Origin: an uncultured Acidobacteriota bacterium
GTDB lineage: Bacteria > Acidobacteriota > CAIWXX01
Direction: 5' to 3'
Length of the DNA: 64,000 bases
Assembly (NCBI GenBank): GCA_903916735.1
Contig: CAIWXX010000003.1
Span: 974 to 64,973, forward strand
A model generated the notes under the pieces. It had not been told where the DNA came from. It ran no database searches and was given only the letters and a program-made list of their open reading frames with translations. The translations under genes and the position numbers were made by a program. Positions 8,383 to 18,057 of this stretch are shown here, in pieces (the stretch's first letter is position 1; each line of letters starts with the position of its first letter).

Positions 8383-9242
8383 GAACGGCGAGTGAGATCC
8401 GGGTGGAGCGCCTGAGGGCTCAGGTGGAAGCATCCCTCCCACGCTTCATCAAACCCGCTCGCGATGACGATGGCCGGCTCGCCGAAGCGATGCGCTATTG
8501 TCTTCTCTTGGGTGGCAAGCGGCTGCGGCCGATCCTCTTTCTGGCGACCGCCGAAATGTTCGGCGCTCCGGCGACTGCCATCATGAAATTCGCCTGCGGC
8601 ATTGAGTGCATCCATACATACTCATTGATCCACGACGACCTGCCGGCCATGGATGATGACGATCTCAGGCGTGGCCGACCGACATCCCACAAGGTTTTTG
8701 GGGAAGCGCTCGCAATATTAGCCGGCGATGGCCTGCTGACGATCGCCTTCGAATTGATGTCCGCCACCGGAAATATCGACGCCATCACCGAGATGGCGCG
8801 AGCGGCCGGTTGGAAGGGAATGGTGAAGGGACAGGCGATGGATATTTACTACGAACGTAGAAAAATTAACCCCTCTGTCCTTCGGACTTTGCATCGTGCC
8901 AAAACAGCGGCCTTGATCGAATCCAGTTGTGTCTCTGGCGCGCTGGTCGCAGGGGCGGACGATCGCGAGCGGCGTGCCATACGGCACTATGGACGATCAC
9001 TCGGCCTCGCCTTCCAGATCATCGATGATCTTCTCGATGTCACAGGCGAGGAAAAACTCGCCGGGAAACGGCTTCGGAAGGATGCCGGAAAAGCCACGTA
9101 CCCTTCGCTTTTCGGAGTCGACGGCGCCCGTCGTCGCGCTCGAATCGAAACCGCCAAGGCTCGAACGGCCCTCCGAACCATCTCACAAGATGATTCTCTC
9201 TTAAACCACATTGCCGAACAATTGCTCAATCGTCAATATTGA
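8379..9242 (+). CDS. ispA: Polyprenyl diphosphate synthase (farnesyl/geranylgeranyl diphosphate synthase)
   Basis: The FARM motif LIHDDLPAMDDDDLRRGRP and the SARM motif FQIIDDLLD are present. It overlaps the xseB stop, and the exact start is uncertain. Confidence 0.85.
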   Translation: MRTASEIRVERLRAQVEASLPRFIKPARDDDGRLAEAMRYCLLLGGKRLRPILFLATAEMFGAPATAIMKFACGIECIHTYSLIHDDLPAMDDDDLRRGRPTSHKVFGEALAILAGDGLLTIAFELMSATGNIDAITEMARAAGWKGMVKGQAMDIYYERRKINPSVLRTLHRAKTAALIESSCVSGALVAGADDRERRAIRHYGRSLGLAFQIIDDLLDVTGEEKLAGKRLRKDAGKATYPSLFGVDGARRRARIETAKARTALRTISQDDSLLNHIAEQLLNRQY

Positions 9243-9368
9243 TATCGAGTTCTCAGGTGGTGGTTGGATGAGTGGGATTCTTCAGGCGCCTCCGGTTCCC
9301 TCGGAATGACATGGTTGTTATCTCTCGACGACTGCTCACTCTTGATGGCGATGGGTAAGGTTCATCCC

Positions 9369-10163
9369 ATGGCGATTCATCGCAAGCGATTGGATGACGT
9401 TCTCGTTGAACGTGGTCTGGCGCCGACTCGCGCGCGAGCGCGCGCACTGATCATGGCAGGCAAGGTCATGGTTGATGAACGCCGTGAGGACAAAGCCGGG
9501 CATGCCTGCCCGACGAATGCCGTGATCGGGCTGATCGAGCCTGATCATCCCTATGTCAGCCGGGGAGGCGTCAAGCTTGCCGGCGCACTCGACACCTTTC
9601 GATGTGATGTCGCGGGGCTCGTTTGTGCGGACATCGGAACATCGACAGGCGGCTTTGTCGATTGTCTGCTCCAACGCGGCGCCCGCCGTGTTTATGCCGT
9701 CGACACGGGTAACGTCATCGATTCCCGCTTGCGAACCGATGAGAGGGTGATCTACCTGCACGACACGAATGCTCGTTATCTCGCACCGGATCACTTCGGC
9801 CGGGAGATTGATGTGATCACAATGGACGTCTCGTTCATCTCGGCGACAAAGATAATTCCCGCATTGATCCCGCTTCTCGCACCACGAGGCCGGATGATCA
9901 TTCTCGTGAAGCCGCAATTTGAAGCGGGCCGTCCCGACGTTGGAAAAGGCGGCATTGTACGAGATCCGAGCGTCCTGTGCCGGGTCCTTGAGGATGTTGC
10001 GCGATCGGCCGAGCAGATGGGCCTTCTCATCGAGGAGATATGCGAAAGTCCGATCACTGGAATGGACGGCAACCGTGAGTTCTTCTTAATGATCGGCAAG
10101 GATTCAACCATGATCGGTCAGGCCTGCGTGACTGATCGAATTCGGGCGCTCTTTGATAGTTGA
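9369..10163 (+). CDS. tlyA: TlyA-family rRNA 2'-O-methyltransferase (hemolysin A-like)
   Basis: An S4-like N-terminus KRLDDVLVERGLAPTRARARALIMAGKV is followed by an FtsJ-like methyltransferase domain with a DIGTSTGGF motif. The start is ambiguous; ATG 9345, 9351 or 9369 are all possible. Confidence 0.8.
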   Translation: MAIHRKRLDDVLVERGLAPTRARARALIMAGKVMVDERREDKAGHACPTNAVIGLIEPDHPYVSRGGVKLAGALDTFRCDVAGLVCADIGTSTGGFVDCLLQRGARRVYAVDTGNVIDSRLRTDERVIYLHDTNARYLAPDHFGREIDVITMDVSFISATKIIPALIPLLAPRGRMIILVKPQFEAGRPDVGKGGIVRDPSVLCRVLEDVARSAEQMGLLIEEICESPITGMDGNREFFLMIGKDSTMIGQACVTDRIRALFDS

Positions 10164-10243
10164 AAGAGAAGATTCGAGCAGATAGACTCGATCCGTAGCC
10201 AGGCACCAGCGGCACAAATTTTCGGCGGCATCGGAACAAGAAA

Positions 10244-11149
10244 GTGAAAAAAGTGAGTTCCACTGTACAGACAGAAGCGGCTCGCGAGAAAATCCCGCTC
10301 TTTCGGGAAGTGAAATGTGTGGGCATCTTGATAAAGCCTCACGCCGAAAAGGCGGAGCACGCTCTCGGGAGGCTCTTGCCGTGGCTCAAGAGCCGCGGCT
10401 TGATGGTGCTGCTTGATGCCGGTTGTTCTCGAGTCCTCGGGCAAGATCATGGTTGCACGCCTGAGGAGCTTGCGGCACGATCGCAACTTCTCATCGTCCT
10501 TGGCGGAGATGGAACGCTGCTCGGAGCGGCCCGGCATGCCGCTCTCCAGGATGTGCCGGTCCTCGGCGTTAATCTCGGAAGCCTCGGCTTCATGACCGAG
10601 GTGACGCTCGAAGAGATGGAGGAGACGCTTGAGGCATTCGAGCGCGGTGAATGTAGTGTTCGCCGCCGAATGATGCTTCAGGTAAATGTCGATGATGCCA
10701 CGCACTTTGTCCTGAACGACGCGGTTCTGCACAAATCGGTTCTGGCGAGGATCATTGAGATCGACGTCACGCTGGATGGTCATTTCATGTCGCGGTTCCT
10801 CGCCGATGGACTCATTCTCTCAACGCCGACCGGGTCCACGGCCTATTCACTGGCGGCCGGCGGTCCGATTCTCGCCCCGGAACTTTCGACGATTCTCCTG
10901 ACGCCCATCTGCCCTCACACGCTCACTCACAGGCCGCTTGTCCTGCCGGGAGAATCACATCTCGACCTGATGCTTAAAACCGAGAGCGCAGATGTCTATT
11001 TGACGCTCGATGGGCAGCGAGGCTTGTCGATTGCCGCCGGGCATTTGATCACGGTGACACGCGCCGGCTGTACTCTGTCATTGGTTCAGGCTGCCCGCAA
11101 AAATCATTTCGATGTCCTCCGGCGTACGCTCAAGTGGGGGGAACGCTGA
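10244..11149 (+). CDS. nadK: NAD kinase
   Basis: GGDGTLLGAAR and NDAVL motifs. Confidence 0.85.
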   Translation: MKKVSSTVQTEAAREKIPLFREVKCVGILIKPHAEKAEHALGRLLPWLKSRGLMVLLDAGCSRVLGQDHGCTPEELAARSQLLIVLGGDGTLLGAARHAALQDVPVLGVNLGSLGFMTEVTLEEMEETLEAFERGECSVRRRMMLQVNVDDATHFVLNDAVLHKSVLARIIEIDVTLDGHFMSRFLADGLILSTPTGSTAYSLAAGGPILAPELSTILLTPICPHTLTHRPLVLPGESHLDLMLKTESADVYLTLDGQRGLSIAAGHLITVTRAGCTLSLVQAARKNHFDVLRRTLKWGER

Positions 11150-11198
11150 TGAACGCGGAGAAGTGGCTCCATCGACATCATGGGGCGCCTGGAGGGGT

Positions 11199-12260
11199 AT
11201 GGGCTTCTTGAAAGACAAGGTGACGATCAGCCGCGTTGTCCCGCGGTATGCGGTGCCAGGAGGGCGCGTGACGATCATGGGGCACGGGCTCGACGGGCGG
11301 CTCGGCAACTCCTCCGACATTCTTCTCAATGGAGTGCCGTCCCATGTAACCTGTGCCACCAACAAGACACTGGTGGTGATAGTACCCGATGGGCTTTCGG
11401 GTCAGGTGACCAACATGACGCTGGGGGATGACAATTACTCCATCCCTGAATTTGAGGTTGCCCATGTCCTCGCCGCCGGTATCCATGCTGTTGACAGCCC
11501 TGTCGTCGATCGTCAAGGCAATGTTTATACGACGCTGAGCGGGACGAGAGGCGAAAAAAGTCCGGTTTCTGTTTTTCGAATTAAGCCCGATGGGGCCATC
11601 GATACTTATGTGACCGATATTATGAACGCCACCTCATTGGCCTTCGGCCCGGATGAAGCGCTCTATGTATCGAGTCGATTCAACGGCACCATTTATCGGA
11701 TTTCGGCACCAGGCGATGTTTCGGTATATGCCGAAGGACTCGGCACGGCCACCGGTATCGCGTTTGATCCCAAAGGGAATCTGGTCGTCGGTGATCGCAC
11801 AGGCACTCTCTTCGTCGTGGCCCCTGATCGCACGGTCGAGCCTCTGCTCAACATCCCACCCTCTGTTGCAGCTTTTCACCTCTGCTTCGGCCCTGATGGC
11901 TCCCTCTACATAACCAATCCCGATATTTCCACGTACGATTCGATCCTGCGTGTCCCTCAGGGTTCGACAGAAGTGCAGGAGTTTTATCCGGGCATCAAGA
12001 GACCGCAGGGGATGGCCTTCGATGTCAATGGAAACCTCTACGTCGCCAAGGCGATGGCTGGAGACAGCGGCGTCCTCCGTATCTCGCCCGACGGCAAGGC
12101 TTCAATGATTGTCTCTGGTCCTGTTCTTGTTGGAGTCGTTTTTGATCCAGCCGGGGATATCATTGTCGCCGGCACTGAAATGCTTTACAGGCTCGAGGTT
12201 GGAGTTCATGGAATGCCGCCTGCCTTGACTTCGGTAATATCAACACCTAAGATCAAGTAA
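11199..12260 (+). CDS. IPT/TIG domain plus a six-bladed NHL/SMP-30-like beta-propeller protein
   Basis: An RBS GGAGGGG precedes ATG 11199. The N-terminus VTISRVVPRYAVPGGRVTIMGHGL is IPT/TIG-like. Repeated blades follow (GIAFDPKGNLVVGD, GMAFDVNGNLYVA, GVVFDPAGDIIVAG). I see no signal peptide. Confidence 0.65.
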   Translation: MGFLKDKVTISRVVPRYAVPGGRVTIMGHGLDGRLGNSSDILLNGVPSHVTCATNKTLVVIVPDGLSGQVTNMTLGDDNYSIPEFEVAHVLAAGIHAVDSPVVDRQGNVYTTLSGTRGEKSPVSVFRIKPDGAIDTYVTDIMNATSLAFGPDEALYVSSRFNGTIYRISAPGDVSVYAEGLGTATGIAFDPKGNLVVGDRTGTLFVVAPDRTVEPLLNIPPSVAAFHLCFGPDGSLYITNPDISTYDSILRVPQGSTEVQEFYPGIKRPQGMAFDVNGNLYVAKAMAGDSGVLRISPDGKASMIVSGPVLVGVVFDPAGDIIVAGTEMLYRLEVGVHGMPPALTSVISTPKIK

Positions 12261-12287
12261 TAATGCGTCTTGGAGGATGATTCCGTC

Positions 12288-12701
12288 ATGGGAACGGTGA
12301 ATAAGGTAATTTTGCTGGGCAACCTCGGCCAGGATCCCGAGATCAGGTACACGCAAGCCGGTACGCCTGTCGCCAACTTGAACATTGCAACAAACGAACG
12401 TATCAGGAAACGTGACGGCAGCGTCATTGAAACGACAACATGGCACCGAGTGGTCCTCTTCGGCAGGATGGCGGAGATCGCCAAGGAGAACCTCGCGAAG
12501 GGCAAGAAAGTTTATATCGAGGGGCGCATCAGCACTCGCGAGTACCTCGATAAAGAAAATATTAAACGCCTTAATTTTGAAGTCATCGCCAACGAGCTCA
12601 AGCTTGTGGCTCCGAGAAACAACCACCGGCCGGGCCATGGCGATCAGATTGACCATTTCGAAGCCGATCTGGATGTTTCGGCTGAGGATTTTGAAGGGTA
12701 G
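12288..12701 (+). CDS. ssb: Single-stranded DNA-binding protein
   Basis: It begins MGTVNKVILLGNLGQDPEIRYTQAGTPVANLNIATNE and contains TTWHRVVLFGRMAE. An RBS GGAGGA lies 9 nt upstream. The C-terminus ends EDFEG rather than the canonical DDDIPF. Confidence 0.85.
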   Translation: MGTVNKVILLGNLGQDPEIRYTQAGTPVANLNIATNERIRKRDGSVIETTTWHRVVLFGRMAEIAKENLAKGKKVYIEGRISTREYLDKENIKRLNFEVIANELKLVAPRNNHRPGHGDQIDHFEADLDVSAEDFEG

Positions 12702-12706
12702 AGTCA

Positions 12707-13555
12707 ATGTCCTCCTCCCGTTCTTCAGATGAAGCGCGGGTCCGGAAAGCTGCAGTCGCCGGATCATTTTATCCGTCGACGACGAGCTCGCTGAGATCCA
12801 TGGTTCAGCGATATCTCCAGCAAGCCGCGTCTGATTGGCAGGGCAAGCCGCGAATGCTGATCGTACCGCACGCGGGCTACATCTATTCCGGCTGGGTCGC
12901 GGCATACGCCTACAACTTATTGAAGGGACGGAAGATCACAACGGTCGTCATGATCGGGCCTGCTCACTATCCGACATCGCATCATGGGTACTCGATGTAT
13001 GTCGATGGGGCATTTGAGACGCCACTGGGTAGGGTTTCCATTGATTCATCCTTAGCGCAAAAGTTGCTCGATGATGATGCCGACTTTGCCGACCGGCCTG
13101 AAAGCCATCGCCTTGAGCACTGTCTCGAGGTGCAAATGCCATTCCTTCAAGAAATGCTGACGGATTTTCGCATCGTTCCGATTCTTATGCGGGATCAGGG
13201 AATGCACCGCTGCCGAAGGCTTGCTGAAGCGCTCGCTGATGTCTGGTTCGATGAACTGTTGCTGGTTGCCTCGACGGATCTATCGCACTATCATCCGAAG
13301 AAAGTTGCAGCACTTCTCGACGAGAAAGTGGAACGATACATCGAAGCCGTGGATCCTGATGGGCTGCAGAACGCAATCGCTTCAGGAGAAGCCGAGATGT
13401 GCGGCGGGGGTCCGGCTGTCGTGGCGTTGCTGGCAGCGAAGAAACTCGGTTTCACTGAAGCGCGTGTTCTCCGGCGTGCGGACTCTTCGGATTCGCCCGA
13501 CGGTCATGCCGGGCCTGCGGAGGTTGTTGGGTATCTTTCGGCGGTGATCGGCTAA
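12707..13555 (+). CDS. MEMO1-family protein (AmmeMemoRadiSam system protein B-like)
   Basis: AGSFYP, PHAGYIYSG and LEHCLEVQMPFLQ motifs. Confidence 0.85.
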   Translation: MSSSRSSDEARVRKAAVAGSFYPSTTSSLRSMVQRYLQQAASDWQGKPRMLIVPHAGYIYSGWVAAYAYNLLKGRKITTVVMIGPAHYPTSHHGYSMYVDGAFETPLGRVSIDSSLAQKLLDDDADFADRPESHRLEHCLEVQMPFLQEMLTDFRIVPILMRDQGMHRCRRLAEALADVWFDELLLVASTDLSHYHPKKVAALLDEKVERYIEAVDPDGLQNAIASGEAEMCGGGPAVVALLAAKKLGFTEARVLRRADSSDSPDGHAGPAEVVGYLSAVIG

Positions 13556-13833
13556 TGTTGTGGAGTGCTCTGACGAGCTGTTATCATTGCGGTTTTGGTG
13601 CGAGATTGTTGCAATGCCGTCGACCTGATTTCATACCCTCGCCCTCGAATAAAGTGCGAAAGGAAAGAGAAAAATTTGGTTGATATAAAGACGAGGCCGT
13701 GAGGCTGACGGTTTCAAATGCTCGCTATTAAAATCCTTTCGTCAGTAAACTGGAGCCGATCAAGGCCCATTCTCTGTATGTTTGACCTATAACCTCAGCG
13801 CATGTTAAACTTAGTCAGATTTCGGGGAGAATT

Positions 13834-14220
13834 ATGAATCAACCTGTAACATTGAGCCAGGTTTTTATTTTCGTTCTTTTGATCGCTGTGATCATTCTCA
13901 TTTACGATCTGAAGCAGACACTCGCTCAATTTCGCAAGACACTTGCCAAAGCCGATGAGGCTTTTGATGATTTGCGCGGGACCCTCAAAGATGCGCGTCA
14001 TATTGTGCGCCTCTTGAGGGAGCGAGCGGAGTCGCTTTCCAATACGGTCCAGGGGTTTGAACGCACGGCAGGGAAGCTCACAGCAGTTCTTGATCAGCTA
14101 TCGGACTTCATCTTGAAGCCGGTCATGATCATTGGTAGCGTCGTGGGAGGTATCAAAACCGCCCTCAATTTTTTTAGAAGAAAGAAACAAGGAGGAAAAA
14201 ACGATGTCGAAGGAGAATAA
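13834..14220 (+). CDS. DUF948-like membrane-anchored coiled-coil protein
   Basis: An N-terminal transmembrane helix is followed by an alpha-helical region, matching the DUF948 general-stress family. Confidence 0.5.
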   Translation: MNQPVTLSQVFIFVLLIAVIILIYDLKQTLAQFRKTLAKADEAFDDLRGTLKDARHIVRLLRERAESLSNTVQGFERTAGKLTAVLDQLSDFILKPVMIIGSVVGGIKTALNFFRRKKQGGKNDVEGE

Positions 14221-14530
14221 GGGTGCAACATCCATTGAAGTAACGCTCGCTTTCCTTCTCGGAGGTGTCGTCGGAGCCGGCCTTGCTCTGCTCTTCGCAC
14301 CTGCGTCCGGCGCGGAAACGAGGAAGAAGCTTCGTGAGACGGGCGATGTGCTCCATTCGAAGCTCCATGAGAGCACCGGTGAATGGAAAGAAACGGTTAC
14401 CGGATCACTCGATAAAGCACGTGAGAGCGTCAAGACATTCGTCGATGACAAGAAGGTACGAACACAGGCGGCCTACAGCGCGGCCAAGGACGCCTGGCAG
14501 AAGCCGTCGGAAACAGAAGGGCAGTCTTAA
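14204..14530 (+). CDS. YtxH-like protein
   Basis: An RBS AGGAGG precedes ATG 14204. The YtxH-family signature LLGGVVGAGLALLFAPASGAETRKKL is present. Confidence 0.6.
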   Translation: MSKENKGATSIEVTLAFLLGGVVGAGLALLFAPASGAETRKKLRETGDVLHSKLHESTGEWKETVTGSLDKARESVKTFVDDKKVRTQAAYSAAKDAWQKPSETEGQS

Positions 14531-14644
14531 TCAATTCATGACCGCCGCGGTCCGGACGGTGCGGACCGGCTAGCTCGTCAAGCTGGAGGGCCTCGCCGTT
14601 CGGGCCAACAAGATGGACCGAGAGGGAATCCAGAGGGGAGAACG

Positions 14645-15865
14645 ATGAAGGAATCTCTCGCCGTGCTCCTTGCCGGGGGCGCGGGTGAACGCCTGCATCC
14701 TCTCACGCAGAATCGAGCCAAGCCGGCGGTCTATTTCGGTGGCATTTATCGAATCATCGATTTCACCCTCTCGAACTGCATCAATAGCGATCTCCGCCGC
14801 ATCTTCATCCTGACGCAATACAAATCACTCTCTCTCGAGAGGCACTTGCGGCTGGGCTGGGGCCTGATGTCGGGGGAGTTGGGTGAGTTCATCGAGGTTC
14901 TCTCGCCTCAGAAGCGCGTGAGTGAAAACTGGTACCTTGGCACTGCTGATGCTGTTTATCAAAACCTGTATTCGATTCGCCGTTTGAAGCCGCACAATGT
15001 CTTTGTCCTCTCAGGGGATCACATTTACAAAATGGATTATTCGCTGATGCTTGAGCATCACAGGAATCTCAATGCAGATGTGACCATTGCCGCCATCGAG
15101 TTCCCTCTGGCAGAGGCCGGCCGTTTCGGGATTCTCGATGTGAATTCGAACCAGATTGTGACCGGCTTCCAAGAGAAGCCGGAACACCCAACTCCTCTTG
15201 CGCCCGGCTCCGATCTGGCCTTCGTCAACATGGGGGTCTATCTCTTCAATTACGAGGTTCTCATTGACGAATTGATGAGGGATGCACATGACGATCGCAG
15301 TGCGCATGACTTTGGTCGCAACATCATTCCATCGCTTCTGGGCCGGTACAAGATCGCGATGTACAATTTTAGGGATGAGAATAAAAAGGAGGCCAAGTAT
15401 TGGAGGGATATCGGGACGATCGATGCCTATTATGAAGCGAACATGGACCTCGTGTCGGTCGATCCCTTTTTCAACCTTTATGATCCGGCATGGCCTCTTC
15501 GCACCTATCAACTGCAATACCCGCCGGCCAAATTTGTTTTTGCAGATGAGGGAGTCCGGATGGGAGTCGCCCTCGATTCGATCGTCTCACAAGGATGCAT
15601 CATCAGCGGCGGAAGGGTTCTCAACTCGATCCTGTGCCCCAACGTCAGGATTAACAGCTACTCCACGGTTGACCGCTCGATTCTGATGCCCGGAGTCAAT
15701 ATCGGCCGGTATTCACAAATTCGAAAAGCCATCATCGATCGGAGTGTGCAGATCCCGGAGAGGACGATCATTGGGTTTGATCCAGATGCTGATGCCGCTC
15801 GGTTCACCCGAACTCCCGGTGGAATCACAATCGTGGCATCGGATGGCGATATTCAGAATCAATGA
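14645..15865 (+). CDS. glgC: Glucose-1-phosphate adenylyltransferase
   Basis: The N-terminus LLAGGAGERLHPLTQNRAKPAVYFGGIYRIIDFTLSNCINS matches GlgC, and a C-terminal left-handed beta-helix is present. Confidence 0.9.
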   Translation: MKESLAVLLAGGAGERLHPLTQNRAKPAVYFGGIYRIIDFTLSNCINSDLRRIFILTQYKSLSLERHLRLGWGLMSGELGEFIEVLSPQKRVSENWYLGTADAVYQNLYSIRRLKPHNVFVLSGDHIYKMDYSLMLEHHRNLNADVTIAAIEFPLAEAGRFGILDVNSNQIVTGFQEKPEHPTPLAPGSDLAFVNMGVYLFNYEVLIDELMRDAHDDRSAHDFGRNIIPSLLGRYKIAMYNFRDENKKEAKYWRDIGTIDAYYEANMDLVSVDPFFNLYDPAWPLRTYQLQYPPAKFVFADEGVRMGVALDSIVSQGCIISGGRVLNSILCPNVRINSYSTVDRSILMPGVNIGRYSQIRKAIIDRSVQIPERTIIGFDPDADAARFTRTPGGITIVASDGDIQNQ

Positions 15866-17901
15866 TTCTGAATCCGCGTGGCTTATGGCGCCATAAAGTG
15901 ACACACGCCCCGGTGAACACACCATTGCCGCAGGAGTCTGAAAAGCGTAAAGGACTCGATGCGCCATCCGAGAAAAGTGAAGCGGGGTCGACCGTCGAAG
16001 GCGTCCCAACAGACCGTCATTTGCGGCCGAGAACAGGCCCGATGCTCCGGACAATTGGCCGTCTGCGTTTGGGGCTGCGTGGTCGATTCATATTGTATAG
16101 CTCGATGCTTGTTGTCGCTGTCGTTGTCTTTATCGCGGTCATCCTGGAGCGGCGGCAGAAGGAGTTTATTTACGCGCAGTTTGAAGCGCGAGGCATCGCC
16201 ATCGCCCGGATCACAGCATCATTGGCATCTCCGGCGTTTGTTTCGAACGATAGAATCGGCCTGATGCAAATTGCGGAACAGATGAAAGATCAAGCCGGGC
16301 TCGACTATGCTCTGCTTCTGACACCGGAGGGAACCGTACTGGCGGTTGCCGGACCCGGCGGTCAATCGCTGGCAGGCCCTCTCCAATCAGTCACTCTTCC
16401 GTTGGCTCCGGGCGTGACGCACGCTCTGAAAGAAATTTCATATCAAGACCCTCGGACCGGCCGGCCGACTCCTGTGCTGGATATCACCGTGCCGGTTCTT
16501 TCCAGTGAGAATGAGAATGCACTTCGAGGGGTTGTCCGGATCGGGCTTTCTCTTGATGATATGTTTCGTGAGATCCGGAAGACTCGATTGCGACTACTCG
16601 GGCTTGGAGAGATTGCTCTGGCGCTGGCCATCGCCGGCTCGTATCTGCTCGGCAGGCGTATCTCGCTTCCGATCCAGAATCTCGTCAACGCCACGATACG
16701 CGCCGCCAAGGGCGACCTGCTGAGTCGGATCAAGATCCAATCGGGAGATGAAATCGGTGAGTTATCGAGGAACTTCAATTTCATGGTTGAACAGATACTT
16801 GTCAACCAGAAGAAGATTGAAGAGCTGAATCGGAATCTTGAACGAAAAGTGAAAATTCGCACGCAGGAATTGGAAAACAGCAATCATGCTCTCAAGAAGG
16901 CTTTCCAGGAGTTGAAACAGGCTGAGTCGCAGATGATCCATTCCGAAAAGATGGCGTCACTCGGACTGCTTGTCGCCGGTATCGCCCATGAGATCAACAC
17001 ACCGACGTCGGCGATCAACGCCGCCGCCGACAATTTGCGGTACCATATGGCGTCTGTCGGGAGCCTCATCCGTGCAATTGCGAATCTTCCCGAGGATTCT
17101 GCCGCCCAGTCAGCATTGCAGAAGCTTCTGAGCAAGGCCACTGATATGACGGAAGAGAGGCGAAGAACCAGCCTTGCGAGTGTGCGGGAAAAAAGTCGGT
17201 CGCTCGAAGAGCTCTTCTACAACCGGGGACTCGGAGATCAACGTGAACTATCGTTCTCGCTTGCACGGTTGGAGCTGGAAGAAGAGATGGTGGAGCTTCT
17301 GGATGCCCTTTCTCCCGAACACGTCGGCATGGTGATCCCTTTTGTGAAAAACGTCGCCACCATGGCGGCGTCCATGACGGATATCCGAGTCAGTGTTGGG
17401 GCGATCATTCGTATGGTCCGCGCACTCAAGGCCTATTCGCATCTGGAACAGGCTGAGGTGATGGATGTCAATATCCACGACGGCCTGGAAACGACCCTCA
17501 TCATTCTCCATAACCAGTTCAAATACGGCGTTGAGATTGAGCGTGCCTATGGCAATATTCCGTTGATTCGCGGGAACCCGTCAGAACTCAATCAGGTCTG
17601 GACCAACATCCTCTTGAACGCATTGCAGGCAATGAAGGGGAAAGGAAAAATAATGATCGAGACTCGGCAGAGTGATAGCTGGGTTTCGGTCCTGATGACG
17701 GACAACGGTCCCGGCATACCGCCTAAAATACTAGGCCGGATTTTCGATCCGTTTTTCACAACAAAGGATCAGGGCGAGGGCACCGGGTTGGGTCTCGCCA
17801 TCTGCCAGCAACTGGTAAGAAGAAACAGTGGAAAGATCAACGTTTCTTCCAGACCCGGGGAGACATGCTTCGAAGTCATGTTCCCGTTGCCTCAGCAATA
17901 G
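15862..17901 (+). CDS. Sensor histidine kinase with a periplasmic sensor region, HAMP, HisKA and HATPase_c domains
   Basis: Two transmembrane segments flank an extracytoplasmic domain of about 170 aa. The H-box HEINTPTSAINAAADNL and the G-boxes DNGPGIPP and GTGLGLAI are present. The start overlaps the glgC stop as ATGA. An alternative start is ATG 16042. Confidence 0.8.
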   Translation: MILNPRGLWRHKVTHAPVNTPLPQESEKRKGLDAPSEKSEAGSTVEGVPTDRHLRPRTGPMLRTIGRLRLGLRGRFILYSSMLVVAVVVFIAVILERRQKEFIYAQFEARGIAIARITASLASPAFVSNDRIGLMQIAEQMKDQAGLDYALLLTPEGTVLAVAGPGGQSLAGPLQSVTLPLAPGVTHALKEISYQDPRTGRPTPVLDITVPVLSSENENALRGVVRIGLSLDDMFREIRKTRLRLLGLGEIALALAIAGSYLLGRRISLPIQNLVNATIRAAKGDLLSRIKIQSGDEIGELSRNFNFMVEQILVNQKKIEELNRNLERKVKIRTQELENSNHALKKAFQELKQAESQMIHSEKMASLGLLVAGIAHEINTPTSAINAAADNLRYHMASVGSLIRAIANLPEDSAAQSALQKLLSKATDMTEERRRTSLASVREKSRSLEELFYNRGLGDQRELSFSLARLELEEEMVELLDALSPEHVGMVIPFVKNVATMAASMTDIRVSVGAIIRMVRALKAYSHLEQAEVMDVNIHDGLETTLIILHNQFKYGVEIERAYGNIPLIRGNPSELNQVWTNILLNALQAMKGKGKIMIETRQSDSWVSVLMTDNGPGIPPKILGRIFDPFFTTKDQGEGTGLGLAICQQLVRRNSGKINVSSRPGETCFEVMFPLPQQ

Positions 17902-18057
17902 GGAGCCGGAAGGGGCATTGGAAATAATTCTGTCATGGCTCGATGGGGAATTCTGCATCGGGAATTCAATTCTCTTTGATGGGCGCTGATCGTCGATGAC
18001 AAAGTGGCCGTCCTGCTGTAGACTTATCCCACAGCATCCAAGGGGGGAACCACGGCG

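Noticed and set aside
6522-11149. xseA-xseB-ispA-tlyA-nadK considered as a possible novel system
   Set aside because: This is a well-known conserved housekeeping syntenic block in many bacteria, so it is not novel.
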